This document shows, in pieces, positions 38,492-48,622 of a stretch of 64,000 bases of DNA (its first letter is position 1; every line of letters begins with the position of its first letter). A program made the translations under genes and the position numbers. The notes under the pieces are model-generated. The model did not search any database and was not told the DNA's origin. It worked only from the letters and a program-made list of their open reading frames with translations. The DNA is from an uncultured virus (IMG/VR IMGVR_UViG_3300035662_000013) (taxonomy: Duplodnaviria > Heunggongvirae > Uroviricota > Caudoviricetes), in IMG/VR virus record IMGVR_UViG_3300035662_000013. One strand, 5' to 3'.

Positions 38492-38982
38492 TATATTGAT
38501 GAATATCTAAATTTTGTTTTTATATATGGCAAAGAGAAATATTTTGAATCATGCGTAGTTCTTATAAACTCGTAATTGCATATTATAAATTTGTCCCTCA
38601 TCCTGTCAGCAAATAAGTCTGATGAAGCTCTTGGGATTGATAATTTATGTGTTCCTTCTCTGTTGTCGAAATCAGAGCTCGTTGATTGCAAGCTACTTTG
38701 CTTTGTATTAGTAAACCATGCATATGACGGTGGATTACTATTGTTATTTGTAAAATGCAATTCTACGTTATCAAAAGCCTTTGTTTCCGACGGATTAGTG
38801 TTTACAGAGAATGATACAAATTGTATATTATCTCCAACGTTATATCCGCCGTTAATGTTCTTTATCTCGCCTGTTTCATATATCCCATACGTATCTCCAT
38901 CTAAGTGGAATACTTCAATTGGATTAGAGTCGGCATATGTAGAAAATGCATCTATTTGTTCTGAAAATATTATGCTATTCAT
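38491..38982 (-). CDS. C-terminal portion of tail stabilisation/muzzle protein as a separate ORF
   Basis: IFSEQIDAFSTY, KAFDNVE and DRMRDK resemble the usual C-terminus of crAss stabilisation proteins. Coupled to the upstream ORF by TAATG. Confidence 0.55.
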   Translation of the reverse strand: MNSIIFSEQIDAFSTYADSNPIEVFHLDGDTYGIYETGEIKNINGGYNVGDNIQFVSFSVNTNPSETKAFDNVELHFTNNNSNPPSYAWFTNTKQSSLQSTSSDFDNREGTHKLSIPRASSDLFADRMRDKFIICNYEFIRTTHDSKYFSLPYIKTKFRYSSI

Positions 38983-41900
38983 TATGTAGTAATTATTTTT
39001 TCATCGTCTGTCTCTAAGACATCTCCTGTGTTTGACATCAATCCAAAAGACTCTCTATTAGGAATATATAAATTAGAAAATACAACCTCGGCATGTTTTT
39101 TATTCTTCCAAATAAGAGACCTGGTTCCAAATGTATCAGTGCTTTTATTTATATCCGCCTGAACTCCCTTAGTTCTAGATACTTGGTCTATACCGTCTCC
39201 AGCAACTCTGAATATAGCATTCCTATCTTTGTCGACCCAATATATCCCACTTTCAGTTGGAAGTAGCCCTTTTATGCTTAATTTAGACAGTCCAGCGCTA
39301 GTAGATATGTAGTCGTATCTAGTTAATATGCCTCCTGTTCCAAGCGCTAAATCAGCCCCATCGTCTGATGTTATAAGAGATCTTTCATTTACAGAGACAA
39401 CGCCAATACCATCTTCTTGGAAATAGTACAATTTATTAAAATGACTTACTATTCTAGTTATTTCTCCAAATTTAGTATCGACATCTATATAATTTGCTGG
39501 CTTAAATATAGCCCACGAATCATCTAGTTCGTCGTTGGACTTCTTTTCAGAATTTACTATCCTGCAGTCGTACTTATTGTATTGCTCTTCATTTAGTATA
39601 TCAGATGTAAATCCAATTGCAGTAGTTTCTGATGAAAATACTGAATCATAATTGTATTGGTCTTTTTGCTGAGCCTTGCTATATTTTACGCCATGGCTAG
39701 CTCCTGGAGAATATACTCCTGATAACACCTGTATAACGGTATTGTTTGAGTCCGTGAAAGACACACCGTCATCGTTAAATACATTTATACCTGTTTCCAA
39801 TGGTATGATGGCAGCGGTTCTAGTACTTTGAGATAAAACTACGTCATTCCACCAGTTATTCTTACTCATCATTGCTTCTGAGCCTACTTTAGTTTGATCG
39901 TTTGCAGATGTTATCGTATATTCAAACATTGATATAAACGTATCTCCGCCAAATACAGCCTTGCTTTTAACATCCGAATCGTTAGAGAAATAGTATCCAG
40001 TAGATATGTACTCTGAGAACTGCCTGTCCTGGTATGATGGACCACCATAGATTCCTATGTTATTTGCCTTTATATCTACAATATATGTAGTTAATCCAGC
40101 TCTTATCTTTGATTCTAATGCACTAAATCTACTATTTAAAGTTCCTGCATTATATTTTCGCATGTGCTCATCAATACCAAATATAGAGGGAATCTCACTT
40201 TCTGTATTGATTAGAAGTCCAGCTCCATGCAATCCAGATATTTTAGATCTATTTATTAGAGAAGCTATGTTTGTTGCGCTAGCCCTATTATTTTTGTCGT
40301 CATCCCAGAATAGTTCAGCCCTTATTATGTCTGACTTCTCATTTACAACGTAAGGTATTTGACTGGATAATGATTTTGAAAAATTATAAAATAATACTCC
40401 CCCCACTGACGTAGAATTAGTATAATCCTGGTGAGCTACAGCTTCTGACGTCTGCGCCGCATAACTAGATTCTAATATATTAAACACAGGCATAGAACTA
40501 GCGCTCTGATTGCGCATTATATTGTAACTTTCTATATCATTACTGCTCCTTACTATTGTTTTAAGCTCAGATATATAGCTATCATTTGCAGCAAGATTGG
40601 CGTCTCTTGTATTTAAAGATGAATAAAACTTAAATGTTAGTGATGGGTATCCTGAATTAAATAAATCATCTGCAGTCTCTGCGTATATTGGCTTGCTAGT
40701 GCTAGTTCCGCCTATATTTAAAATATCACATCCAGGAAATCCGCTTTTATAAGTATATTGATTTGTCCATAGCTGAGGCATATCTCCAAAATTAACCCTA
40801 GACAAAAGACCGGTTCCTGATATTAGTACCTTAGGAGAATAGTCTTCTAAAAATGGCGAAGAAAGAGTTAAATCATAAGACTTCTCATTATAGTCATTTT
40901 CAGTTATATTTGTTCCTAGCGTTTCAGATGTCATTGAATTCAATACGTCCATTCCTGCTAGGCCTAAAATAAAGAACATCGTATCTTTATATCCAGTAGC
41001 CATTAAATCTTCTGTTAAATCAGCTCCAGCATACATTGCTGATGGCCATAAGACAGATTCGTATTCAAACCTAAGATTACTATGCAGGGGAGACCCAATA
41101 TATGACACGGACTCTCCTCCGCTTAAAGATGTATTACTTGTAGCTGGCGTTATTTTTGGACTAACAACTCTTTCCATTGATAAATACTTCGACGGAATCC
41201 TAGCTAATTGTATTGCGAAATCTTCGCCGTAATACGAAACCTCCGGAGAGATAAGCATCTTATTTGTTCTTGAGGAGTAATATGGAGACATGGTTATAGA
41301 TGCTGAATCGCCTGCTAGTAATCTACCAATCTTAAGAGGGTTTGTATTGTAGAATTCATTGAAACCAAGAGTTTGTGCTCCTGAGAACCCAGAAGAGGTG
41401 TATGTATCTGCGACCAGTGGTGCCATTCCATAATTCTCTCCCATAGATATGATTGAGTGTGGCCTTAATGTGTTTAAATTATTTCTGTCATAGTATTTTA
41501 TGTCATTGTATAATTCGTCGCCTTTTGTAGGATTTGTAAATGTTCCTATTTTCTGCAAGACTCCTTGCGTGTATATAGTCCTATTGTTAACATCTCTCTT
41601 ACACCTAACTATCTCTATTTTTGCTACTTCAGGTATACTATCTAGATTGGAAAATTCAAATTCAATTCCAAGCGGCTTCACTAATAATTCCTGCTTGTCT
41701 AGTCTATTTTTTATCGTAGAATTTACATCATAGTTCGCTAAGAAGTCTTCCGGCATTTCAAACATAGAAGAAGTCCATCTATTAACAGTGTCTTCAAAAT
41801 ATCCTGCTGGAAATCGTATATCAGCTATCCATTTAACATCTGTCTTTCTTCCGTCTTTTGAATAAAATACAGCCCCAAACCTGTATATCTCATCTCTCTT

Positions 41901-43658
41901 GTAGCTTTGAAGCGCTCCAGATATCAGCCTGTTTGAGTAATCTAATTTACCAGAATGAGCCTCAATTCCAAATTCAGATATATCCTGATACTCAAGAGCT
42001 CCATCAGATTTGTTTATCAGAAGGCTATCTACAGTGCTTTGATTTCCGCCTAATCTAACTATCCTATCGTCTATGAATTTATTTGAAGGAGATGCTTCAT
42101 ATGTAGATGTTCTTAATCCTTCTGCTGCTCCAATTAGATATGTATTTACATATTTATAACTTACGTTTGGTCCGCTTCCACCTAGAAATCCATTCTTGTT
42201 ATATATATATTCTAAGTCTGACCATTTTTCAGTTTCATAAATCTCTCTATGAATACAATCGTGATTATCAGCCAAGGCCATACTGTCTGTAGAAAATATT
42301 ATAGTCGGGGCATCATTAGAATTATATACAGTCGCTTCTCTATATTTTGCATATACTCCTTCTGATATTTCTATATCGTCGCCTGACGAATAATTAGGGT
42401 ATATAGCGCTCTTAAATACTATTCTTGAATTTAAATCATCTACACTATCAACTATTATAAATGAATCATTTCCATCAATTAAAGTAAGTATATCCCATTC
42501 TTTTACCAAATCAGACAATACCATCCCTGCTTCTGGAATTATATTTATAGCATTATACAAGTAACCACTAGTTGTACTAAATTGTCTTACATATCCAGCC
42601 TCTACTATGATTGCATCTTCATATTCTGTATTGCTAAATTGGTATGCCCTAGTATCATAGTCTACATCAAACTCTATATCAGATATATTAGCAGCAAATA
42701 ATATATTATCTTTTGAGTCTATATATTTTGCCGAGAAAAATGAAATTCCTATTTGTGCGAATTCTTCTATTGTTAACTCCTGTAAATAAGAAGTCCCATA
42801 GTCATTAAATATCAATTGCGTTCCTGTGATATCCAATACCTTTGTATCTAGTATTAGTGATATCTTTGGAGTGGACGAGTAATTATCATAATAAATAGAA
42901 TACAATTTGATTCTGTTAAATCCAGTTAACTCTGTTTTATCTATCTTTAATTTAACTCCTAGCCCAGAATTTGGCTGTCCATCGTCAACTAATAATATCT
43001 CATTAGTTCCTTCTTCTTTTAAATCTACAATCTTACTTGCAGATGACATAACTGAAGATGACCCTGATTCATTAGTTCCTCTATATACATATTGAATTCT
43101 ACCTCTATTTAACTTGCCACTTGTTATCTCAGATATTATAGGAGCAGATAAATTTGATGCTGGTATAATATTTATAGATGATTCAGGAGTAATAGTTATT
43201 GTTGGCTTATCATTTGATGGAGCTACATTATAGGATTTTATTTGACCAACTCCGTCAGTCCAATATAATCTAATGTTGTCGTCGTCCTCATATCTCAATA
43301 CAGTAGACACTTTTGGTTGTACAACATAGTCCACCTTTAATATTTTCTTAGATACGAGCGATTCTCCAGATTTAGAAATCCTATAGATATATGTGTATGA
43401 AGAGTCTGTTGTAAACACTACTGCTATATCCCTAACAGAGTCAGAATGCACTATAGTAGACTCATCAAACGCATCATTTAAGCTAACGATCTCATCTTCT
43501 AGAGGAGACATTGCTCCAAAAGAACTAGACGAATCAGGAGATATGCGAATATTTTCTGCATGTATATATGAATTAGCCTTAGATGATGAGACATCAACAT
43601 CTGGATTCATACCTCCAGTGAACGTATTTATTTGTTCGGATCCTATTTTGCTTTGCAT
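38982..43658 (-). CDS. Tail stabilisation / muzzle protein (P22 gp10-like)
   Basis: NTFTGGMNPD start, YKRDEIYRFG, FGGDTFI, DSWAIFKPANYIDVD and LGTGGILTRYDY motifs of crAss tail stabilisation proteins. Confidence 0.85.
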   Translation of the reverse strand: MQSKIGSEQINTFTGGMNPDVDVSSSKANSYIHAENIRISPDSSSSFGAMSPLEDEIVSLNDAFDESTIVHSDSVRDIAVVFTTDSSYTYIYRISKSGESLVSKKILKVDYVVQPKVSTVLRYEDDDNIRLYWTDGVGQIKSYNVAPSNDKPTITITPESSINIIPASNLSAPIISEITSGKLNRGRIQYVYRGTNESGSSSVMSSASKIVDLKEEGTNEILLVDDGQPNSGLGVKLKIDKTELTGFNRIKLYSIYYDNYSSTPKISLILDTKVLDITGTQLIFNDYGTSYLQELTIEEFAQIGISFFSAKYIDSKDNILFAANISDIEFDVDYDTRAYQFSNTEYEDAIIVEAGYVRQFSTTSGYLYNAINIIPEAGMVLSDLVKEWDILTLIDGNDSFIIVDSVDDLNSRIVFKSAIYPNYSSGDDIEISEGVYAKYREATVYNSNDAPTIIFSTDSMALADNHDCIHREIYETEKWSDLEYIYNKNGFLGGSGPNVSYKYVNTYLIGAAEGLRTSTYEASPSNKFIDDRIVRLGGNQSTVDSLLINKSDGALEYQDISEFGIEAHSGKLDYSNRLISGALQSYKRDEIYRFGAVFYSKDGRKTDVKWIADIRFPAGYFEDTVNRWTSSMFEMPEDFLANYDVNSTIKNRLDKQELLVKPLGIEFEFSNLDSIPEVAKIEIVRCKRDVNNRTIYTQGVLQKIGTFTNPTKGDELYNDIKYYDRNNLNTLRPHSIISMGENYGMAPLVADTYTSSGFSGAQTLGFNEFYNTNPLKIGRLLAGDSASITMSPYYSSRTNKMLISPEVSYYGEDFAIQLARIPSKYLSMERVVSPKITPATSNTSLSGGESVSYIGSPLHSNLRFEYESVLWPSAMYAGADLTEDLMATGYKDTMFFILGLAGMDVLNSMTSETLGTNITENDYNEKSYDLTLSSPFLEDYSPKVLISGTGLLSRVNFGDMPQLWTNQYTYKSGFPGCDILNIGGTSTSKPIYAETADDLFNSGYPSLTFKFYSSLNTRDANLAANDSYISELKTIVRSSNDIESYNIMRNQSASSMPVFNILESSYAAQTSEAVAHQDYTNSTSVGGVLFYNFSKSLSSQIPYVVNEKSDIIRAELFWDDDKNNRASATNIASLINRSKISGLHGAGLLINTESEIPSIFGIDEHMRKYNAGTLNSRFSALESKIRAGLTTYIVDIKANNIGIYGGPSYQDRQFSEYISTGYYFSNDSDVKSKAVFGGDTFISMFEYTITSANDQTKVGSEAMMSKNNWWNDVVLSQSTRTAAIIPLETGINVFNDDGVSFTDSNNTVIQVLSGVYSPGASHGVKYSKAQQKDQYNYDSVFSSETTAIGFTSDILNEEQYNKYDCRIVNSEKKSNDELDDSWAIFKPANYIDVDTKFGEITRIVSHFNKLYYFQEDGIGVVSVNERSLITSDDGADLALGTGGILTRYDYISTSAGLSKLSIKGLLPTESGIYWVDKDRNAIFRVAGDGIDQVSRTKGVQADINKSTDTFGTRSLIWKNKKHAEVVFSNLYIPNRESFGLMSNTGDVLETDDEKIITT

Positions 43659-43660
43659 AA

Positions 43661-44602
43661 TTATCTATTTTTATTGTATACTACTTCTCTGCTAGATATA
43701 TTGCTATAGAAATCATTGTCTGCAGTCATATCTGGAAGTAATCTGTTCCACACATTCTTTATGGTTTCCATTTCATCCTGGTTTGGCATCATTGATTCAG
43801 CATAAGCCTGTTTGCAATAGAACGCCCAAGATGTCTTGGCGTCAATATATATATCAGTCCTAATCTTTCCGCTTCTCCATTCCGGGTACGACAACTTCAT
43901 TACTATATACCAATATACTGCCTCTATATAAGAAAGCTTATCTGGTATCATTAGAAATCCATTCTCGTCTGTTATTTGCCTGTCGTAGCTTAATTTTAAG
44001 TATCCAGACGAAACATTGGTGTTTATGTATCCAGGTTTAATTGAATATACTAAATTGGAATTATCTACCTTAGTATTGTTTCCTGTATTTCTCTTGATCA
44101 TATTTGACAAGAGGGTTCTTACATTCTGGTTTGTATTAAGTATCTCGAGAGCCTTCTCATAGTCTACTTTAGAAAACCATGCATATACAGGATTCTCTTC
44201 GTATTTTTGATACAGTATTTTAACCATCTCTATCATGTCTGCATCTTTTACTACCATGTCCGATACGTCGTATGGGCTTGTTCCTGATTCAGACCATTTA
44301 TTGAATGATGATTGTGATACCTTCATTGGAAACCATGGGCCATTAGTTGATGTGCTGTAACCTACTTGATTTAAACGGAAAAGGCCAAACGGTAATTTCG
44401 CTTGGCTATTCTTTATCTCTAGGTATTCTTCTCCATCTACACCAGACACTGCTCTCTCTAGCTGCTTAACTGAGCCTATCTTTTCGACAGCCTCGCTAGC
44501 CCATTCAATCATATCTGCTATGCGCTGTGGATCTTCTTTTATGTCTAGGTCAGCAAGTACTTTTGATATAACTTGCATAACGCTAATTGTATTATAAATC
44601 AT
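43661..44602 (-). CDS. Tail ring/tubular protein (P22 gp4-like)
   Basis: VISKVLADL...EWASEAVEKIG and DENGFLMIPD...EAVYWYI...W.FY.KQAY motifs. Directly upstream of the muzzle gene. Confidence 0.75.
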   Translation of the reverse strand: MIYNTISVMQVISKVLADLDIKEDPQRIADMIEWASEAVEKIGSVKQLERAVSGVDGEEYLEIKNSQAKLPFGLFRLNQVGYSTSTNGPWFPMKVSQSSFNKWSESGTSPYDVSDMVVKDADMIEMVKILYQKYEENPVYAWFSKVDYEKALEILNTNQNVRTLLSNMIKRNTGNNTKVDNSNLVYSIKPGYINTNVSSGYLKLSYDRQITDENGFLMIPDKLSYIEAVYWYIVMKLSYPEWRSGKIRTDIYIDAKTSWAFYCKQAYAESMMPNQDEMETIKNVWNRLLPDMTADNDFYSNISSREVVYNKNR

Positions 44603-44603
44603 A

Positions 44604-45065
44604 TTAGTATTCTAAATAATCTGTTCTATTTTCTTTTATTGATTTCGCCAGTTCTCTTTTATTTTGTCTAGACATTATTAGTTCATACATATTGACATAT
44701 GCAGCTCTAGAGTCTTTCTTTCTCCATCTAAACATATAATTAAACCCATTTGAGTGCTCGTTTAAATGAAGTACAGTCTTGCCTAAATCCTTTGTAGCCT
44801 TAAAGTCTACTCTAAGCCTTTCTCTGACATGTCTAGTTATCTTTCTTTTCCCAACAAATATAGACCCAACAGAGTATAGTGGAGTGAAGATTGCGCCCCT
44901 GTCGATTATAGTACTAGATATATGTTTCATATAATCCTTAAGTATATCTCTAAAAATCTTCAGTGTTACTTTATATCTTTTGCCTGCTCCAATATACTCT
45001 TTGAACTCTACATACATGTCAGTCTCAGTAAGTATTTTATTTGTTGGCTTGTATATTTGTGTCAT
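44604..45065 (-). CDS. IHF/HU-like DNA-binding protein, crAss type
   Basis: Basic protein with VDFKATK...HLNEHSNGFNYMFRW...R.NKRELA. Conserved position among tail genes. Start codon uncertain. Confidence 0.65.
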   Translation of the reverse strand: MTQIYKPTNKILTETDMYVEFKEYIGAGKRYKVTLKIFRDILKDYMKHISSTIIDRGAIFTPLYSVGSIFVGKRKITRHVRERLRVDFKATKDLGKTVLHLNEHSNGFNYMFRWRKKDSRAAYVNMYELIMSRQNKRELAKSIKENRTDYLEY

Positions 45066-45678
45066 CCTTAGCATTATTTGTATCATCAGCAACTAGCATA
45101 TGCCTAATCTCTTTTTGGATTATCATATCCTTCATTGGAGGTATCATATTTGCAGGCATCGGATATACGTCATCTGCACTAAATCCAGATATATCAAATG
45201 GATTAACAGCTATTAATGCTACATTTACACTTTCAATTAATCCAGGACCAGATACATAAATATATTTACCTTTAATATATGATATATATTCTGATGATGT
45301 ATATCGTCTGTCTTGCTGTATCATAGCTCTTCGTTCTGTTGAGAATTGTATCTCATTGCCAAAAGAATCTCTTACATCAACTATGCCGCTTCTAAAGTGG
45401 AAGTCTATAGTTTCTGGTATAGTAGTAGTGCTTTTTAAGACGTTATTTCTACCTACCCCTATTCTATGTTGAGACAGCTCAACGCTGTTTAGATATTGGA
45501 TATATTGGTTGTTTATATCCCTATTCTTATCTATATCTTGCTTAAGCAGAACGGCTCTATATTGGATAATCCACTGTTCTATTTGATTCCTAGATAGCTG
45601 CTCACTCTCAGATATATTCCCTCGATTTATTTCAAGTAATATATCGTCTATTATTGTGTTAATAGTATTATATTTCAT
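45037..45678 (-). CDS. Tail ring protein
   Basis: IIDDIL...SE.LSR.QIEQWI.QYRA.L.KQ.IDK and YPMPANMIP motifs typical of crAss ring proteins. Confidence 0.7.
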   Translation of the reverse strand: MKYNTINTIIDDILLEINRGNISESEQLSRNQIEQWIIQYRAVLLKQDIDKNRDINNQYIQYLNSVELSQHRIGVGRNNVLKSTTTIPETIDFHFRSGIVDVRDSFGNEIQFSTERRAMIQQDRRYTSSEYISYIKGKYIYVSGPGLIESVNVALIAVNPFDISGFSADDVYPMPANMIPPMKDMIIQKEIRHMLVADDTNNAKDDTNIQANK

Positions 45679-45687
45679 GATGTATTA

Positions 45688-45735
45688 TCATTTTTTAGGC
45701 GACTTGCACCCAGATTTCTTAGTTGTCCTTTTCAT
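45688..45735 (-). CDS. Putative 15-aa basic micropeptide MKRTTKKSGCKSPKK
   Basis: ATG...TGA frame with A-rich upstream context (A at -3), ending 9 nt before the next start codon. Not in the ORF track. Confidence 0.45.
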   Translation of the reverse strand: MKRTTKKSGCKSPKK

Positions 45736-45858
45736 ATTGTAACTAATGTATTTAGTAGCGTAGAATGAGCGTAGATGCTATTTTAAAGCAATTTAAGCCA
45801 CTTTCTATGTAATATAGTATAAATGTATCAATTGAATATATCGTGGCTTATATGAGCT

Positions 45859-46149
45859 TTAAATGATAAAATACAAAGTAATACCTGCAAACATCCTAAA
45901 GCCTAAATCTATCCAGCCAAACCTAGATCCTTGCCAAACATTAAGCAGCTCGTTGAGCCAGCTGAAAAGGCCAGGTAAAGCTATTATTATCAACTTATCT
46001 ATCTCTGCATGATCTAGGTATATTCTCAATCCAACAAACGCAAGAGCTGTTCCTGCTACGATATCAAATAGATTGTCATGTGATAGTTTGTGTTTAAGTT
46101 GCCTAACTTTATTTATTATATCAACAATATACTGCTTTAACTTACTCAT
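45859..46149 (-). CDS. Small membrane protein
   Basis: Two to three hydrophobic segments. Confidence 0.6.
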   Translation of the reverse strand: MSKLKQYIVDIINKVRQLKHKLSHDNLFDIVAGTALAFVGLRIYLDHAEIDKLIIIALPGLFSWLNELLNVWQGSRFGWIDLGFRMFAGITLYFII

Positions 46150-46150
46150 A

Positions 46151-46834
46151 CTATGCTGCCTGCTTAGTTGTTATTAAGTCACTTCCAAGGCTATCTATTT
46201 CGTAGTGGTAACCTATAGTGCTTATTGCTACATTAGATCCATATGTATCAAGAGGATCTGCACCAAGCCTAAAGAATCTAAAGTGAAATTGAGATCCTAA
46301 TTCATTTGGAGCTACTATATCATTAAATGCTACAGATTGTTTTGACCACGCAGTACCATTTGTAGTATATGTTTTATATGTTATACTAGATGTCGTGACT
46401 GCTTGACCTTCTTTAGTGAAGAAGTATTCAAGGCCAAGTCTAACATCGCCTACAGATGTGGTAGTCGCGTATGTATGACAGTGAAATGATATCTTTACAG
46501 CTGTGCCAGTTCCTGAGTTTATTTTAGCTTGATGTGGTATCTCTCTACATGCCTCGACTTCATCTGTTTGCGATGGAGAGAATGCAGCTATACCAATTGT
46601 TGTATTTGCAAATAGTATTCTAGAGGGAGCAGAGCCGCCTCCAGTAAGTGTAGTTGGATCGAGATTATCATCATCCCATTGTGTAGCGTTACCATATAAA
46701 TGCACTCCATCAGTGTCGATCTGAGCCCTGTCAGTATCATTACCGGCAAATACACTTATAGATGATTTTATTCTGCCGACAACGTCTATTTTTTCTGTTG
46801 GGTTTAGAGTTCCAAACCCGTGATTTCCTGCCAT
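46151..46834 (-). CDS. Probable fibre/decoration-associated structural protein
   Basis: GFGTLNPTEKIDVVG fibre-type repeat followed by a beta-sandwich-like region. Confidence 0.5.
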   Translation of the reverse strand: MAGNHGFGTLNPTEKIDVVGRIKSSISVFAGNDTDRAQIDTDGVHLYGNATQWDDDNLDPTTLTGGGSAPSRILFANTTIGIAAFSPSQTDEVEACREIPHQAKINSGTGTAVKISFHCHTYATTTSVGDVRLGLEYFFTKEGQAVTTSSITYKTYTTNGTAWSKQSVAFNDIVAPNELGSQFHFRFFRLGADPLDTYGSNVAISTIGYHYEIDSLGSDLITTKQAA

Positions 46835-46843
46835 AACTATTTA

Positions 46844-47173
46844 TTATAATCTTTTTTGAATGTGTCCATCATTGACCCTGCAATTAAGGATACCTCTGAC
46901 ACCATTATCAATAGTAAAATTAACAGCAATTAATTGATAAGTATCGCCTTCTTTTAATACAGGCTTAATTGAATCATAAGCAGCTTGAGCAAGAACCACA
47001 TCAGCTTCATCAGCTACTAATTCTCTTTCTGCTTTAATTCTATCCATCAAAGTTTTTTTAACTACTTTATCTGTTTCAGAAGTACTTCTTAGCAATTCCT
47101 TTTCTTCTTGGGTTAGTGTTACTTGTTTAATTTCTACCCAATTATTTTCCGTTGTTGATTGTAAGTTTTTCAT
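46844..47173 (-). CDS. Hypothetical protein (fibre-associated)
   Basis: 109-aa ORF within the fibre cluster. Confidence 0.6.
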   Translation of the reverse strand: MKNLQSTTENNWVEIKQVTLTQEEKELLRSTSETDKVVKKTLMDRIKAERELVADEADVVLAQAAYDSIKPVLKEGDTYQLIAVNFTIDNGVRGILNCRVNDGHIQKRL

Positions 47174-47194
47174 ACTGTTTTATTTTATATGTTA

Positions 47195-48622
47195 TTAAAT
47201 ATTTACTGCTGCATTTGTTCCGTCTATACAGTATATAATCCTACCACCTGCTGTTGGAGTTGGAAATGTACTACCTGATTTACAATAGTAAAGTCGTGCT
47301 GTTGCTGTAATTTCTCCTGAACTTCCAAATGATTGAGTACCACCAATACAATTATTAAAAGTGCCGAGCGCATTGCCGAAAGACCCGAATGCACCGCTAC
47401 CACCTATACAATTAGCAAGAATACCCGAGCAGGCTCCATAAGCACCAAATGAATCATCACCTCCTATACAACTACTAAATACTCCTGATGCAGTACCATT
47501 ACTACCAAATGAGGTATCACCACCTGTACAATTATTAAATGTACCATCAGCAGTACCACCACTACCAAATGAATAATCACCACCTGTGCAATTATTAAAA
47601 GTACCTGATGCATAACCAGCATCACCACCAAATGAACCATAATAACCTGTGCAATCTTTAAAAGTACCTGATGCAGTATTACCACAACCAAATGAATAAT
47701 CACCACCTTTACAATTTATAAAAATACCTGATGCAGTACCACTACTACCAAATGAATAATCACCACCTGTGCAATTATTAAAAGTACCTGATGCTGTACC
47801 ATAACTACCAAATGTACATAAACCACCTATACAATTATTGAATGTACCTGAAACAGTACCTTCACTCCCAAATGAAAGATAACCGCCTATGCAATTAGTA
47901 CAAGTCAAGTAATCAAGACTATCGGCTATATAAAAAGTGTTACTACCACAATTAACACCCTTTAAAAGCGTATTATCAGCAGTTACTTTTATTCCATAAA
48001 TATAATCATACTCTGTATTTTCTTCTGTACTACCTATAAACACATCAGCTTCACCTGTAAGTGATACTAAATCAATATAAGGTGCATCATGAACAAATGC
48101 AGTCGCACCAAATTCATACTTACCAGGAGCTATTATTACAGTAATCTTATTTCCTAATGCTGGAGACATTGTCTTAGCTGCATTATAAACAGCTTGTAAT
48201 TCTGCTGCATTTTGGATATTGGAGCCTTCGCCTTTTACATAAACAGCAGATGATCCGTCCTTAAGAGCAGTAATCAGTATATCGTTAAGTGTTTTTCCTA
48301 CAGTTGCGTCTAGCGCCTTGCCTGGAACTGTCTCTGTCAGCGATGTAGAGAGTTCTATTGTTGAGCCTCCACCGCCTGAGGCCTTAACGAAAAAATCTGC
48401 TACAGCTGTTATTAAAGCGCTTATGCTTGCATACGAATCCCCTGACTCATCTAATACATCTTCTATTAGTATACTTTGTTCAAATACCGTAGAGCCATCT
48501 GGTCTGTAAAATTGTATAGAACCACCTCCTTGTATGTTCATAGAGAATGAACCAGCTGGAACTATTTTATCATCAAGAATAAACAGACCGGTCGTACTTG
48601 ATTTATAAAAATTTATTTGCAT
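47195..48622 (-). CDS. Fibre/spike-like protein with beta-solenoid repeats
   Basis: About 10 tandem 20-aa repeats of type GTFNNCTGGDYSFGSSGTAS, and an N-terminal GKALDATVGKTL fibre motif. Confidence 0.65.
   Translation of the reverse strand: MQINFYKSSTTGLFILDDKIVPAGSFSMNIQGGGSIQFYRPDGSTVFEQSILIEDVLDESGDSYASISALITAVADFFVKASGGGGSTIELSTSLTETVPGKALDATVGKTLNDILITALKDGSSAVYVKGEGSNIQNAAELQAVYNAAKTMSPALGNKITVIIAPGKYEFGATAFVHDAPYIDLVSLTGEADVFIGSTEENTEYDYIYGIKVTADNTLLKGVNCGSNTFYIADSLDYLTCTNCIGGYLSFGSEGTVSGTFNNCIGGLCTFGSYGTASGTFNNCTGGDYSFGSSGTASGIFINCKGGDYSFGCGNTASGTFKDCTGYYGSFGGDAGYASGTFNNCTGGDYSFGSGGTADGTFNNCTGGDTSFGSNGTASGVFSSCIGGDDSFGAYGACSGILANCIGGSGAFGSFGNALGTFNNCIGGTQSFGSSGEITATARLYYCKSGSTFPTPTAGGRIIYCIDGTNAAVNI
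47320..47905 (-). repeat. Coding tandem repeat, about 60-nt unit
   Basis: Recurring + strand blocks accaaatgaataatcaccacc-tgtgcaattattaaaagtacctgatgc at about 60-nt period, with one 63-nt unit. Confidence 0.9.

Noticed and set aside
47320..47905. CRISPR array or DGR template/variable repeat
   Set aside because: These are in-frame coding repeats without unique spacers. There is no reverse transcriptase or adenine-specific repeat pair in the window.
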